Virus record (IMG/VR): IMGVR_UViG_3300024331_000152
Span: 64,001 to 128,000 of that record
Strand: one strand, 5' to 3'
DNA: 64,000 nt
DNA from: a virus
Taxonomy: Duplodnaviria > Caudoviricetes
The position numbers and the translations under genes are program-made. The notes beneath the pieces were generated by a model that did not search any database, had not been told where the DNA came from, and saw only the letters and a program-made list of their open reading frames with translations. Positions 36,980 to 47,707 of this stretch are shown here, piece after piece. The stretch's first letter is position 1. Every line of letters starts with the position of its first letter.

Positions 36980-37798
36980 CTAGCGGGCTCCCACGAGGTC
37001 TACCAGCTTCCTGAACTTCTTACGGTCAACGTTCAACCATTCGTTTTCGGCACTGTCGATGTCTACCTTATCTTCTTCGACAATGTCTCTAAGCATCGAC
37101 CGTACCAAAGTCTTAACTGTTAACTGCTTTGACTTCGGCGGCGCGACATCCTTGCCCTTGAGCGTGCGGCCTTCGGATTCCTTGAGGCGTTGCCGCTGCG
37201 CATCCTTCGACAGCTTGGAAAGCTTCACGGCTGCGGTGATCTTGATCTGGCCGGTCCGTACTGCTTTCTCTGCCTCAGGAGCTAAGCCGATCAGAGCCTC
37301 GCGCTGCTGCACGAAGTGGACAGCCTTCTTGAGATCAGCGTCAGTTGTTGCCAGCGGGAAGTAAACCTTGGCGATATCGTCGATGGACATATTGAAGCGC
37401 TGCTTCAGCTTCTTGATGTTCGTCGCATCGTCAATCGGGCTCACATCTTTACGTACCCGGTTCTCGCTGATGGCCTGAAGGAAGGCTTCGTGATCGCTCA
37501 GGTCTTCGAAAGTTCCCTGAAGCCGGTATTCGGGATGACCGTTGTTGTTGAGCCAGTTGACGGCTTCCCAGCGACCGTAGCCAAAGACCAGTAGCGGCCT
37601 GCCGTTGTCGCCCTTGCGAATCTTGACAGGGGTGAGCTGTCCGTTGGCGAGAATGTCAGCAGCGAATGCCCGAATCTCTTCTTCGGTGCGAGGTTCGTGC
37701 CGCCCGTTCAATTCCGGGTCGAGATCGATGTTGCGCGGGAAGTCGGACCACTGAGTCGTGGTCCGCTTGATGGTGTCAGAGGTAAAGCTTACGGCCAT
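36980..37798 (-). CDS. ParB/RepB/Spo0J-like protein
   Basis: ILANGQLTPVKIR...LVFGYGRWEA...ISENRVRKDVSPID followed by an HTH. Confidence 0.8.
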   Translation of the reverse strand: MAVSFTSDTIKRTTTQWSDFPRNIDLDPELNGRHEPRTEEEIRAFAADILANGQLTPVKIRKGDNGRPLLVFGYGRWEAVNWLNNNGHPEYRLQGTFEDLSDHEAFLQAISENRVRKDVSPIDDATNIKKLKQRFNMSIDDIAKVYFPLATTDADLKKAVHFVQQREALIGLAPEAEKAVRTGQIKITAAVKLSKLSKDAQRQRLKESEGRTLKGKDVAPPKSKQLTVKTLVRSMLRDIVEEDKVDIDSAENEWLNVDRKKFRKLVDLVGAR

Positions 37799-37867
37799 AA
37801 TTCCCTCCAAGGAATTCAGGTTGGAAAATCAGATTGCGTTTATTCTGCGCTCACTCGCACCATGGTG

Positions 37868-38331
37868 TCAACAAGAGTTGAGACGTTTCTTGCGTTGCTC
37901 GTAATAATTACGGTTACATTTGCGACATTGGCGTTTACGCAGACCACTCGGATAGACATAGTAGTACGTATTGTCAGCGTCGTACGGATGATCTTGAGCA
38001 CAATGTGTCTTGGCTTTTTGCGGACTATAGTGGCGGTTCTTTTTAACGCAGTCCTGCATATTGTCGTTGCCCGTGCCCTGCCACAAATGCGAGCCTCGAA
38101 CGCAAGAAGGTGTCGCATTTATGAAGTACGCAAAGTGACTCGTCAAGAGAGCCTTTTTGCAGGCGAAAGGCCAACGCGATGAGCAAGACGTAACTTGTCA
38201 TCGGCCTGTATTAAACCATATCCGGCTGGAAGCCTACACCCGATCCATACCCAACATTTTCCTTTAGGACCCTGACCGGGTGTCTTATCAACCTTGCTCC
38301 AAAAGCGCTTTTCAAGACTAATCTGCGGCAA
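37868..38331 (-). pseudogene. Frameshifted HNH homing endonuclease
   Basis: [19 protein letters not shown] in one frame and PSCVRGSHLWQGT..DNMQD...THC in another. Confidence 0.7.
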
Positions 38332-38332
38332 T

Positions 38333-39508
38333 TTACAACCTCATAGGCATGAGAATATAGCTGTACCCCTCAAACTCTGGCGACACGATCATCGCCGCCG
38401 ACTGTGCGTCCTTCAGTAGAATCGAGACCGGCTTCTTCCCGATCACCTTCAGGACGTCCATCACGTAGCCGCTGTTGAGTCCTATCTTGATCGCGAAGTC
38501 TTCCTCAGTACCAGTCAGTGTTGCTGGTACGTCGGCCTGAGCTTCGCCTAGCTCAGTGCTCTGTGCGCTGAAGGTTACCTTGCCGTTAAAGTTGAAGCGA
38601 ACACATCCGGAGCGCTCATCGGCAAACTTTGCAACGCGTGCCAGTAGCTTGCTGACAGTTTCAGCGGACGAGAACGCCGCCGTGATTCGAACGTCTTCTT
38701 TGCGCGGTGTGACGGCTTCCACAGTTGGAAACTGCCCGTTTAATTTGCGCGTGCTGAACACGGTGCGAAGATGCGGCAGGTGAAAGAAGATGCGCGCGTC
38801 TGTAGAAGACAGATCGCTCCACGAAATTCCGACAAACTCCTTTGTTAGCCGCTTCGGCCTAGACAACCATGTAAGCGCGGGGCGAGGCACGATGAGCGTC
38901 TGCGTGCCATCTTTGCATGTGACATCCACAGATCGCTTTTCGATAGCAAGACGATGACCATCCGTTGCGGCAATCTGGAAGCTGCCGGAGTTGAACAGGA
39001 AGCGCGCGCCGTTCAACGTATAGCGCGTTTCCTCTTGCGAGATCGCGAACGTGGTACGCCCCAACATCTCGCTGAGTGTTTCGCCGGAGATGTTGTGGAA
39101 TGGATCGACGGCTTCCGCAATCTTCGGGTAGTTCTTTGGTGTCATGCCAATCAGCTTATACTCGACACCGCCGACCGCCATCTTGACCCAGTTGTTTTCG
39201 AGCGGAGTGAAGACGGCAAGTCCATCTTCGCCACTCAAAAGATCAATCGTCTTGCGCCACGGGATCGTGAATGGCTCGCGCGGTCCCTTGTGTTTGCTCG
39301 GGATCGCGTCGAGTTCGGTAACGACAGTTTGATCCAAGTCGGTAGTCGTCAGCTTCAGGATGTCATCGATCAGTTCAAACAGGACGTTCGACAGAATCGG
39401 GATTGTGGTTTTCTTTTCAGGGTTGCCCAGTTCAAGAGCGTCCCGCAGGACCTTTGCATTGACGGTGAAGTGCGGAAGGCTCTTCACGACTTTCAGATTT
39501 GCTTTCAT
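38333..39508 (-). CDS. dnaN: DNA polymerase III beta sliding clamp
   Basis: [40 protein letters not shown]-terminal ILMPMRL. Confidence 0.92.
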   Translation of the reverse strand: MKANLKVVKSLPHFTVNAKVLRDALELGNPEKKTTIPILSNVLFELIDDILKLTTTDLDQTVVTELDAIPSKHKGPREPFTIPWRKTIDLLSGEDGLAVFTPLENNWVKMAVGGVEYKLIGMTPKNYPKIAEAVDPFHNISGETLSEMLGRTTFAISQEETRYTLNGARFLFNSGSFQIAATDGHRLAIEKRSVDVTCKDGTQTLIVPRPALTWLSRPKRLTKEFVGISWSDLSSTDARIFFHLPHLRTVFSTRKLNGQFPTVEAVTPRKEDVRITAAFSSAETVSKLLARVAKFADERSGCVRFNFNGKVTFSAQSTELGEAQADVPATLTGTEEDFAIKIGLNSGYVMDVLKVIGKKPVSILLKDAQSAAMIVSPEFEGYSYILMPMRL

Positions 39509-39547
39509 AGTTGCCCTCCAAAGGCTTGGTCCCCTATCAGGGGGGTA

Positions 39548-39784
39548 CTACAGGTTGCGGGTGATGACTTCGTTCTCGTAATCCTTCTTGCGCCGTTTCA
39601 GGTGCGGTCGCAGCCGGATTTCGTTGGGAGTGAAGAGGCTGGCGTACAGGAACTTCTCAGCGATGTATTGCCGCAGTTCAATGCCGTCCCACTGCTCCGG
39701 CATCTCAGTCACGTTTTCGAGAATACGTTGCTGCGTGCTACTGATCAGTTCCCGGATGAAGCGTTTCTTCTCTGTCTTATTCAT
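39548..39784 (-). CDS. Hypothetical protein
   Basis: PEQWDGIELR motif; SD GAGGAG. Confidence 0.6.
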   Translation of the reverse strand: MNKTEKKRFIRELISSTQQRILENVTEMPEQWDGIELRQYIAEKFLYASLFTPNEIRLRPHLKRRKKDYENEVITRNL

Positions 39785-40392
39785 TCTCCTCTCGCCTTTC
39801 TCATGTAGTCGTGAAACAACTCATGGAGACAACCAGCGATGTCACACTCGACCTCAGGTGCTTCTGGGTAATAGTTCTCTCCCCGAGATGAGAGGTACGC
39901 GTGGTCGTCCTTGTGTGGAGCTGGAGCGACGACGTAGCCCGGGTGCAACGCTGCGCCGCCATCGAAGATGACAAGCAACCCAAGCACCATGTCCACCTTA
40001 TCTGGTGTGACGGTGATGGTGTCTCCCAGCCGACAGGCTTGGCGATTGCCGCCAGCGGCACAGTGAAGAGTTCTCCAGTGTCGCCTGCGTTGTAGTGCTC
40101 GACTATCACTTGATTGCTATTGACGGCGCGAACCTTGAGGTTTGACCAGTAGCCAAGCGTCGGCAGGTGTTGGGTGTAGTCGTAGATACTTGCGAGCGTA
40201 ACGATTTTGCCGTGTTCAGGAATGTATTGACGTTCGGTGTTCATTAGCGTTAACCCTCCGTCTTGTAGACAGTTACTGTACAGTCTTTGCGGTTGCGCAG
40301 GATAACCTTGACGGTGCACCCCGCTTTGCGTAGTTGTTTTGCGTAGCTGGCAGCAATGATGGGATCGACAAAGGGAATCCGCTCGATGATCT

Positions 40393-41295
40393 TCATGCTT
40401 CCCACTTCATCGCCAGCCAGCACGCGAGTACAGCTACGACAACACCGCTCAGCATATCGAGAACGTAATGCTCGCCGTTGGTGACCGTGGACAGCGTCAG
40501 TCCAATCGCCATCAGTGCAGCCGGGACTCGTAGCAGCTTGATCTCCCAGACTGCGCAGGCTCCCACAATTGCCCATACCACGTGGAAGGATGGAAAGCTG
40601 ATCAGTCCGGCCACAAAGGTGATGTGATCCTGCCCTGCTCGGATCGCGAGGAATTCATTCGTCCACTTCATCTCGATAGGATCGCCGCCCGTGTGATAGC
40701 CGTACCATGGGCCGACTGCGGGAAGCAGAACAGCCATCGGCATTCCGATAGCGAAGGCGAGCAGCGAAGCCTTGATCATGATCCTCGATCCTCGCGGACG
40801 ATTCAGCAGTACAGGTAGAAGCAACGTCCACCGCATGAAGGGCTCGATCTGGAAGTAGGTCCAGTTGATCGCCCTGCCGATCCAGTGAGCCTTGGCAAGC
40901 CTCATAACGTCAGGTACCGCCATACCAAACGACTGCTCGATGTGCATCAGTGCGGTGTCTTTCAGTGCGACTGTTGATCCTGCCCGGATGGTCAGGTACA
41001 CCACGAATCTGAACGCGACAGCGAAAAAGAATGAGAAGTACACGACCGAGATGATGTTGGCCCAGTAGTGCTTGCCAGCCTCTCTGAGACAGACAACGAT
41101 GGGCATCGCACACGCGAACAGAGCGAACAGGGAAAGCAGGATCGGCCACTCGCCTGAGAAGTTCGTGTGCATCGCCAGCAGGACGGGGCATGTCATCAAC
41201 AACACTGCGGCTGAAAACAACATATCCCGTTCAAACTTTAGCTTTGCTTTCCAATTGTTTTGTACTGCCAGCGCTGGCAGCGTGAATGTGCTCAT
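40393..41295 (-). CDS. PAP2-superfamily membrane phosphatase/phosphotransferase
   Basis: Multiple TMs; PAVGP, FPSFH and HYVLD motifs. Confidence 0.8.
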   Translation of the reverse strand: MSTFTLPALAVQNNWKAKLKFERDMLFSAAVLLMTCPVLLAMHTNFSGEWPILLSLFALFACAMPIVVCLREAGKHYWANIISVVYFSFFFAVAFRFVVYLTIRAGSTVALKDTALMHIEQSFGMAVPDVMRLAKAHWIGRAINWTYFQIEPFMRWTLLLPVLLNRPRGSRIMIKASLLAFAIGMPMAVLLPAVGPWYGYHTGGDPIEMKWTNEFLAIRAGQDHITFVAGLISFPSFHVVWAIVGACAVWEIKLLRVPAALMAIGLTLSTVTNGEHYVLDMLSGVVVAVLACWLAMKWEA

Positions 41296-41323
41296 GATCC
41301 CTCCAAGGATTTTGAGAATGTTT

Positions 41324-41525
41324 TTACTCTGCCAGCCTGTAGAGCCTTAGTCTCGGCACGGGCGTATTAGCCCATGCGCTTGTAATCCGCCCCGATCTTT
41401 CTAGGCGCATGAGGTTCAAATAGAGCGTGCCAGACCACATCTTGAGCGCATTGCCGATTTGCACAGAGGTTGCGTCTGGGTGCTCACGCAGATATTCGCA
41501 AATCTTTTCCTCATTGATTCCCATA
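41324..41525 (-). CDS. Small winged-HTH protein
   Basis: 3' part of ORF 41324..41707: IGNALKMWSGTLYLNLMRLE..G.I...RLYRL. Confidence 0.55.
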
Positions 41526-42188
41526 TTGTTCTCCTGTTTTCGTGCGCGGAAATGTTGCCAGTGCCCAGTTGCGCATATCCTCGGCTTCCGATCCTGCGCT
41601 GTTGTGGCCTCCGCCATAGTTCCACTTGTCGTGGAGTTCCTTTGGTACCTCAACGCCAGCTTCGTACACATCGTCCGGCACAGTTGCTGGCAAGCCATCC
41701 GATCCATACGACCCAGATAGCGTGAGTCGATGTTTGCCTATCACAGCGCTGCCCATCATGAAGTGTCCAAGCTGCCGCATGCGAACATAGCGTACGATCC
41801 CGCGCATCGGATAGCTATTGGAAGCGTGCTGGAATTCGCGGCATGGAACCATGTAGTTCTTGTAGGCTTCGCACTCTATACAACCTGCAACGTACTTCTC
41901 TGCGAAGCATTCGTGCACTGCCGCATCGCGCTGCTCGTCGGTCAGTTCAGATGCGCGAATCTCAGAGAGCTTGCGCAAACGTGCAATGGTGCCGTGCTCA
42001 GAGCATGGCTGCACAGTGCCGTCCATTGTCAGGTGTTTGTCTTTGTAGACTCCGCACTTGCGGCAGAAGTTGGAGAGGTGTGGATACTTCGTGGAGTTCC
42101 AATCCGGCTGCATCAGGATCAGGAATCGGCCAGCGGCTGATTGCGCGCCATGGCGGTTGTATCCGGAATACTTCGTGGTGATGAACAT
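41511..42188 (-). CDS. Hypothetical protein
   Basis: SD TTGGAGG before ATG 42188. Confidence 0.7.
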   Translation of the reverse strand: MFITTKYSGYNRHGAQSAAGRFLILMQPDWNSTKYPHLSNFCRKCGVYKDKHLTMDGTVQPCSEHGTIARLRKLSEIRASELTDEQRDAAVHECFAEKYVAGCIECEAYKNYMVPCREFQHASNSYPMRGIVRYVRMRQLGHFMMGSAVIGKHRLTLSGSYGSDGLPATVPDDVYEAGVEVPKELHDKWNYGGGHNSAGSEAEDMRNWALATFPRTKTGEQYGNQ

Positions 42189-42287
42189 CGGTACCTCCAA
42201 GCGTTTTTATTGAGGTGAGCCCCTCACAGGTTGATGATCAGTAGAGCATGACTCGCACCGCAGTGTCAACACCACGGTGCGATTACG

Positions 42288-42725
42288 TCAGCGTCCTGAA
42301 ACTGCGCGAAAGAAAGCCTCCTGCTTCTGATCTCGTGTAGCGAGTAGAGCTTTGATTTGCTTTGTTACGACGTTGTTGGTACGTCCATCCACTTGCAGAG
42401 TGCCGTATTTGAAAGCTTCGCGCACTTCACTTGCGAGTGCATGCGTTGCGTCGTCCCATTCGCGCTGAGCGTTGGTGACTCTCTTGATGCCTTCGGGAGT
42501 CTTCATGCTGTCAGGCGTGATGTCGATGTATGTGGGATCGACTGCTGCTGGCTTCGGCTGGCGATGTTTCTCATAGCCGTATTCGTCCAGCGCTTTGATT
42601 GCCTGCTCTAACGCTTTCGGATCGTTGGCTCTCAGCCAGTTGTGCAGCTTGGTGTCGAGTATGAATACAGCGAGAGCGTTTGCCATGGCAAGAGTTACTT
42701 CGGCATATTTCTGTCCAGCGTCCAT
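42288..42725 (-). CDS. Hypothetical protein
   Basis: CCTTGGAGG SD upstream. Confidence 0.7.
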   Translation of the reverse strand: MDAGQKYAEVTLAMANALAVFILDTKLHNWLRANDPKALEQAIKALDEYGYEKHRQPKPAAVDPTYIDITPDSMKTPEGIKRVTNAQREWDDATHALASEVREAFKYGTLQVDGRTNNVVTKQIKALLATRDQKQEAFFRAVSGR

Positions 42726-43236
42726 TTCGTTATTCCTCCAAGGTTCTGTCCAGAGTCTGGACTGGTTTCTTAACCTTCACTTCTCCGCTACCCAAACAGA
42801 CCGGACAGACTCTTGTCACAATCGCTTGCCGTAGTTCGCCATACACGAACACGGGCACAGTGACGGTGCGCTTGATCCATCCGGTGCTGTCACACTTCAG
42901 GCATCGCATCAAAAGGTCTCCAATCAGCGAACGGTGGGGAAGTAGCTGCACTCCGGCACATCAAACGGTGAGTCGAATGGTGATCTCGACTTGCGCTTGC
43001 GGTGAGCCTTGCACGGGCTGTACTGCGGCTGCTTCGGCTCCAGCCTGTAGTTGCGCAGAGTCTGCTTGCGGTGCGCCATGTGCGGCATCCCGTAGGGTTG
43101 GACGCGCGGGGCTCGTCCGCCTGTCTTGCCTTCGCTGCCCACAGTGAGCAGCAACAGAACGACCATTACGTATAAAGCTCTCGTCATGAATTTCCTCCAA
43201 GGAATTGGCGTTGAGTGAAATATCAAAGGTCCCCAA

Positions 43237-43467
43237 TCAGTGCTTGCACTCCAGCACTAACGGGTTTACGGCATCGCCTTGATCGATGATCTTGATGGTC
43301 TTCTCTTCGCACACCAGCGCGCGCTCTGAGCCGAAGATGTACAAACGGTAATCGCCGTTTGGCTCTGACCGGTAGACCATCTGAATACCTGCTTTGCGGT
43401 TGGCTGCACTCGCCGATGCGAGTAGCAGCGCAAACAGCGCGCCGATGTACACCAGTTTTGCTTTCAT
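43237..43467 (-). CDS. Small secreted protein
   Basis: Signal peptide ending ASA; CCTTGGAGGG SD. Confidence 0.6.
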   Translation of the reverse strand: MKAKLVYIGALFALLLASASAANRKAGIQMVYRSEPNGDYRLYIFGSERALVCEEKTIKIIDQGDAVNPLVLECKH

Positions 43468-43518
43468 TAGGATTCCCTCCAAGGAATTGAATTTTGGTAC
43501 AGGTTCAATGGTCCGCTA

Positions 43519-44343
43519 TCAGGAAGGCCAGCCGTCAAGCTCTTCTACGCTCGTGAATCCGTCTGGCAGTCCATCTTCTGGAAGCCACGTCTGAGGATCG
43601 ACAAGAGACAACAGAAGCTCCGGCTCGCCGTCGCCTTCTGCTGACGCGTACGGCTCGATCTCGTGTCCGCATACCGGGCACTCGTCGTTGCATTGGCAGG
43701 ACCACTGATCTGTCCACTGTGTCTTGCAGTGAACGTAGTAGTTCGTGTAGCGCTGCTCGTTCTCCTCTTCGTCCAGTTTCGGGATTGTGATAGTCGCGCC
43801 GCAGTTCTGGCAGCGATAAGCTCCGCCCCAGTGCTCATCCGGTTCGCAGTCAATGCCATTCTCATCGATGGCAATGAATCCGTCAGTGCTTGTCATATTG
43901 CCGCATGAGCAGTCCATCAGGTCCGCGTCTACGTCGTAGCGAATCGTACCCTGCACGTGACGCGCGTATCCGTGATTGAATGCGGTATCAAGGCTGCTCC
44001 AGTTGGTGAGTTCCTTGCGCACACGATCCGCAACCTGCCGTGGTGTCCAGCGTATCCCTGTCCCCGGATTTAGTCCTTCAGCCATCTCGCCGATTACTAC
44101 ACCAAGACGTTCTACTATGTCCTCAGCATAGTCGCGCTGCGCTTTCTCGACGTCGCGCGGCTTCTTGTCCCAAACTGCTACCACGCCATCATGTGGCAGG
44201 GTTGCCGCACCTAAGAGCGTCGGTTTCTCGAAACGATGGTCAGCATATTCAGCCTCTGCAATCGAGTCTGCGCGGTCTTTCGCTGCGGCCTCGTCGGAGT
44301 TGATCACAACCACATAGCCGTGACGATAAAAGAAAGCTTGCAT
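43519..44343 (-). CDS. Multi-domain Zn-binding hypothetical protein
   Basis: CSCGN...YRCQNCG and CQCNDECPVCG motifs; CCTTGGAGGG SD. Confidence 0.7.
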   Translation of the reverse strand: MQAFFYRHGYVVVINSDEAAAKDRADSIAEAEYADHRFEKPTLLGAATLPHDGVVAVWDKKPRDVEKAQRDYAEDIVERLGVVIGEMAEGLNPGTGIRWTPRQVADRVRKELTNWSSLDTAFNHGYARHVQGTIRYDVDADLMDCSCGNMTSTDGFIAIDENGIDCEPDEHWGGAYRCQNCGATITIPKLDEEENEQRYTNYYVHCKTQWTDQWSCQCNDECPVCGHEIEPYASAEGDGEPELLLSLVDPQTWLPEDGLPDGFTSVEELDGWPS

Positions 44344-44392
44344 TGCTTCACCCCTCCAAGGGTTTCGCCCGGGATCGCGCCCGGGCACGGGT

Positions 44393-45595
44393 TTACTCAT
44401 CCAGCGGCACGACTTCGCCGAAGGGTGCGGTTGCATTCTGTTGATCCGTGATCCATACCACCGGGATCGACGGCGGAGTCGTCGGGAATGAGGCTTGCAA
44501 GTCTGAGATGCCCACGATGCACACGGGATGATCTTCGCTCTTCTCAATCTGATCGAAGAAGCTCACGAAGCTCGTGCCGCCGCCGCCCTTCGGTTCCCAT
44601 GTCAATGGTTCACCGCGCTCCATCTCGCGAACGTTGTGGACTTTGGTGTCTACCATGTACAGGGTAACCTTGCGCGGATTGCATTCGTCAATGACTTGCT
44701 CGACGATGCCGCGCGCATACTGAAGCGCTACCGCATCCATCGATCCTGACGTGTCGCAGAGTACAGCAACTTCGCCAAGCTCGTGTGACTCCAACCGGGG
44801 CAGATACAAGCCCTGTGAGATGTAACGCGTGTTAGGACGTTGCCACGTGAAGTCACTTGCTGAGCGGTCATGAAAGAACCGGAGCAGTACAGACTTTGTA
44901 TCAACGCGCGGCCTCAGTGCCTCTTCTGCAATCCGCTGCGCGCCTCCGGGAAACTGTCCGCAAGCTTTCGCGACCTGCTTGGCCTGCTGTACCCGCTGCT
45001 TCCAATCCTGCTGAGTCGGTGCGGGGTTGCCCTGCGCGTCCTCAACCTTGGGAGCATCGCGCACTTCGCCGAAGTCTTGCGGCTGCGGCTGTGCGTTCGG
45101 GTCAGGCTGTCCGTTGCCCTGTCCGGGCTGCGGCTGTCCCTGTCCTTGCCCCTGCCCGGGCTTCGGCTTGCCGCCGCCCTTGCCTTGAGGTGGCTGCTGC
45201 TGTTGCCGTGCGTATATCCACTCCGCAGACTTGCCAGCCTCTTCTGCGGATGCGTAGAGCACGCCATCGGGCAGATCAAACTTCGCCTCTCTCAGGTCGT
45301 GGTTGATCGCCTTGTCGCAGGCGATATTCCACTGCTCTGAGTCACGGGCATCGCGCCGCCATGGGTGACCTTGTGCGCAGTGTGATACCTCGTGAGCCAG
45401 AAGCCCCTTGACGCGGCTGTAGTTCAGCGTGTCGATGAAGGCCGGGTTATAGCCAAGCTCCCGGCCATTCGTCCACGCTGTCTTGCAGGTCGTGTCCTCA
45501 ACGAAGTTGAGGTACCAGATCAACGCACCCCAGAAGGGATTGTCGAGGATCAGACCAGACTTCGCTGCTTGCATCTTCTGTGCTGCCGTCATCAT
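44393..45595 (-). CDS. DUF2201-type metallopeptidase plus vWA protein
   Basis: LAHEVSH (HExxH), WNIACD, Q/G linker, DTSGSM, GGGGTSF. Confidence 0.85.
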   Translation of the reverse strand: MMTAAQKMQAAKSGLILDNPFWGALIWYLNFVEDTTCKTAWTNGRELGYNPAFIDTLNYSRVKGLLAHEVSHCAQGHPWRRDARDSEQWNIACDKAINHDLREAKFDLPDGVLYASAEEAGKSAEWIYARQQQQPPQGKGGGKPKPGQGQGQGQPQPGQGNGQPDPNAQPQPQDFGEVRDAPKVEDAQGNPAPTQQDWKQRVQQAKQVAKACGQFPGGAQRIAEEALRPRVDTKSVLLRFFHDRSASDFTWQRPNTRYISQGLYLPRLESHELGEVAVLCDTSGSMDAVALQYARGIVEQVIDECNPRKVTLYMVDTKVHNVREMERGEPLTWEPKGGGGTSFVSFFDQIEKSEDHPVCIVGISDLQASFPTTPPSIPVVWITDQQNATAPFGEVVPLDE

Positions 45596-45606
45596 GAGAG
45601 TCTCTC

Positions 45607-46587
45607 CTACGCGAACATATCCGCGCCGTATGTGCTGAGCATCGAGTCTAGAATCTTCTGTGCCTGCTCGGCTGCGTTCTCCCGGGCCTTCGCATCAGTG
45701 CGAAGCGCTTCAGGCTCATTGGAGGTGGCGAGCTTTTCAGTCTGCTCGCGGAATTCCTCCAGCTTCGGATCATCAGCAAGGTTGATGCGCTGGAGAACGT
45801 CCGAAACCTCACGGGCATTCACCACCAGTGAATCGCGGAAGGTCGCCTCAGTGTCGCCCTTGCCGTCGCAAATCCAGCACTTAACCTTCTTGCCCTTGTC
45901 GGCTTTCTTGCGGGTCTCGATGGTCTTGCCTTTGCCCTTGCACTTTTTGCACTGCTCACGCGTGCCCAAGCGCTCGACCATCTTCGCGACAACCTCGTGC
46001 AGCTTGCGAACCGCATCGTTCTGCGCCTCTTCCAGCCGCTGCTTGGTGCGCTCTTCAATCTGCTTTTCGAGAATCTTCATCTCGGCTGCTGGAAGCTCGA
46101 CGCGCAGATCGCCAGTTACCGGCATCGGTTCGGGCACATACTCAAACGAGAACTTCTTGCGAATATCGTCCGGGTAATCCGAATCCTTGAACATGCCGTT
46201 AAGCTTCGTGCGTGCGTCAGAGCGAAGCTGAGGATACGCGCGCTCGAAGTCGTTCAACAGATCGTAGAACTGCGCCGTGCCCTGACGCATGTGATCCGTG
46301 TACTTCTTGTAATTCTTGATCGTCAGGATGCGTGCCCCCTGATCGTTCCACGGCAGGGTATTGAGGTAGTGAAAGTCGCGCATCTCATTTGCGTGCTGAA
46401 TGAGTGCCTTGTACTGCGGTGCGTCGCCCGGGAGAAGCTTCTTTGTGTAGCGTCCCGCGTCAGCGTCCGCGCCCTGCGCTTGATTCGTCTCGCGCGTCAC
46501 TTCTTTGTCATACTTGCGCGCTGCCCATGTGGAGATAGTCAAGGTAACCAGAACTGCATTTTTGTGCTGCATCGCTGCTGTCATCAT
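45607..46587 (-). CDS. Helical protein accompanying MoxR/vWA (DUF3150-like) with a CxxCxGxG Zn-finger insert
   Basis: Position between ATPase and vWA genes; CKKCKGKG...CWICDGKG. Confidence 0.7.
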   Translation of the reverse strand: MMTAAMQHKNAVLVTLTISTWAARKYDKEVTRETNQAQGADADAGRYTKKLLPGDAPQYKALIQHANEMRDFHYLNTLPWNDQGARILTIKNYKKYTDHMRQGTAQFYDLLNDFERAYPQLRSDARTKLNGMFKDSDYPDDIRKKFSFEYVPEPMPVTGDLRVELPAAEMKILEKQIEERTKQRLEEAQNDAVRKLHEVVAKMVERLGTREQCKKCKGKGKTIETRKKADKGKKVKCWICDGKGDTEATFRDSLVVNAREVSDVLQRINLADDPKLEEFREQTEKLATSNEPEALRTDAKARENAAEQAQKILDSMLSTYGADMFA

Positions 46588-46633
46588 CGCTTCACCCTCC
46601 AAGGTGTTGTGGTGCCCGGGCATTGCGCCCGGG

Positions 46634-47707
46634 CTACTTGATGTTGCGGCCATCCATCTGCTCGCCGACAGGTCCCAGCGTCATCTGAATGTAATCGTGC
46701 GTGTGCTGAATCGCCTGATCCTCATCCAAGCGCTGCACCTCGCGCATCATGAGGACAGCAAACTCTCCACGGTTCGCTTCGGTCAGCATGCGCTCGGCAT
46801 ACTGCGTGATGCGTCCGAAGTTGCCCACATTCGCCTTCCGTGCCAACCCAATGCTGATCGCAAAGAGCTTGCTCATTTCGGTCGGGATCGCGGCTTTCTT
46901 CGGATTCGTGATGATGCCGTCAAGGTTCGGCAACTGCCGCGCCATTACACGGAAAGCCAGATACTCGCCTGCTGCGCCTGCGCCTACTGCTCCGCTCATT
47001 GCGGCGGCTTCGATCTCTTGCGGAAGCTGCAACGTTTCCCACCGCGCTACCTTCTCCCACGTGCGCGGAGAGGGTGAGTTGGTCAGGTCGGCTGATGGTT
47101 CGAACTTCGACAGAAGCTCAGCGCGGAAGCGAAGAAACGGCACAAGAGTCATTGCCGCGTTGGGATCGAGGTTCTTGAATGCCCACCGTGAGAAGTCGTC
47201 GATATCGGGAATGAGTTCAACAATCGTCCCGAATCTGGACTTCACAGGCTCAAGAATGCCAGTCACTCCAGCCTTGTCAGTGCGGCGATTGGTTGCAGCC
47301 ACAAAGACAACGCAGTCCGGAATCTGGTGACCGTTGACCCTGCCACCATGCAGAAGCTGCATGTATGCGGCCTGCATGGCCGGTGTGGCCTGTCCCAGAT
47401 CGTCGAGGAACCATACCGTGAGCTTCTTGGCGTTGAGTGCCTGCGCCAACGCGCCGAAGGGCAGAAACGTTGCTTCATTCTTCTTCGTGCCGTTGAGCCA
47501 TGGCAAGCCCTTGACGTCAGTGGGGTCCTCAACTGCCGGGTGCGAGATGATCAGGTCCGCGCCTGCGTCTCGTGTGGCTTCGATCAGAATCTGAGTCTTG
47601 CCAATTCCGGGTGCGCCGGAAACGAGGACGTTCGCTCTAGCCTTGATACTTGCGGAGAGCAGAACTTTAAGCTGTGACGGTGTCAGTTTGGGCACTTCGT
47701 TTGCCAT
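46634..47707 (-). CDS. MoxR/dynein-like AAA+ ATPase
   Basis: GAPGIGKT, FLDDL, AATNR, SRF, SPRTWE. Confidence 0.88.
   Translation of the reverse strand: MANEVPKLTPSQLKVLLSASIKARANVLVSGAPGIGKTQILIEATRDAGADLIISHPAVEDPTDVKGLPWLNGTKKNEATFLPFGALAQALNAKKLTVWFLDDLGQATPAMQAAYMQLLHGGRVNGHQIPDCVVFVAATNRRTDKAGVTGILEPVKSRFGTIVELIPDIDDFSRWAFKNLDPNAAMTLVPFLRFRAELLSKFEPSADLTNSPSPRTWEKVARWETLQLPQEIEAAAMSGAVGAGAAGEYLAFRVMARQLPNLDGIITNPKKAAIPTEMSKLFAISIGLARKANVGNFGRITQYAERMLTEANRGEFAVLMMREVQRLDEDQAIQHTHDYIQMTLGPVGEQMDGRNIK

Noticed and set aside
45060-45210. Repeat element
   Set aside because: Encodes the Gln/Gly/Pro linker of the DUF2201-type protein
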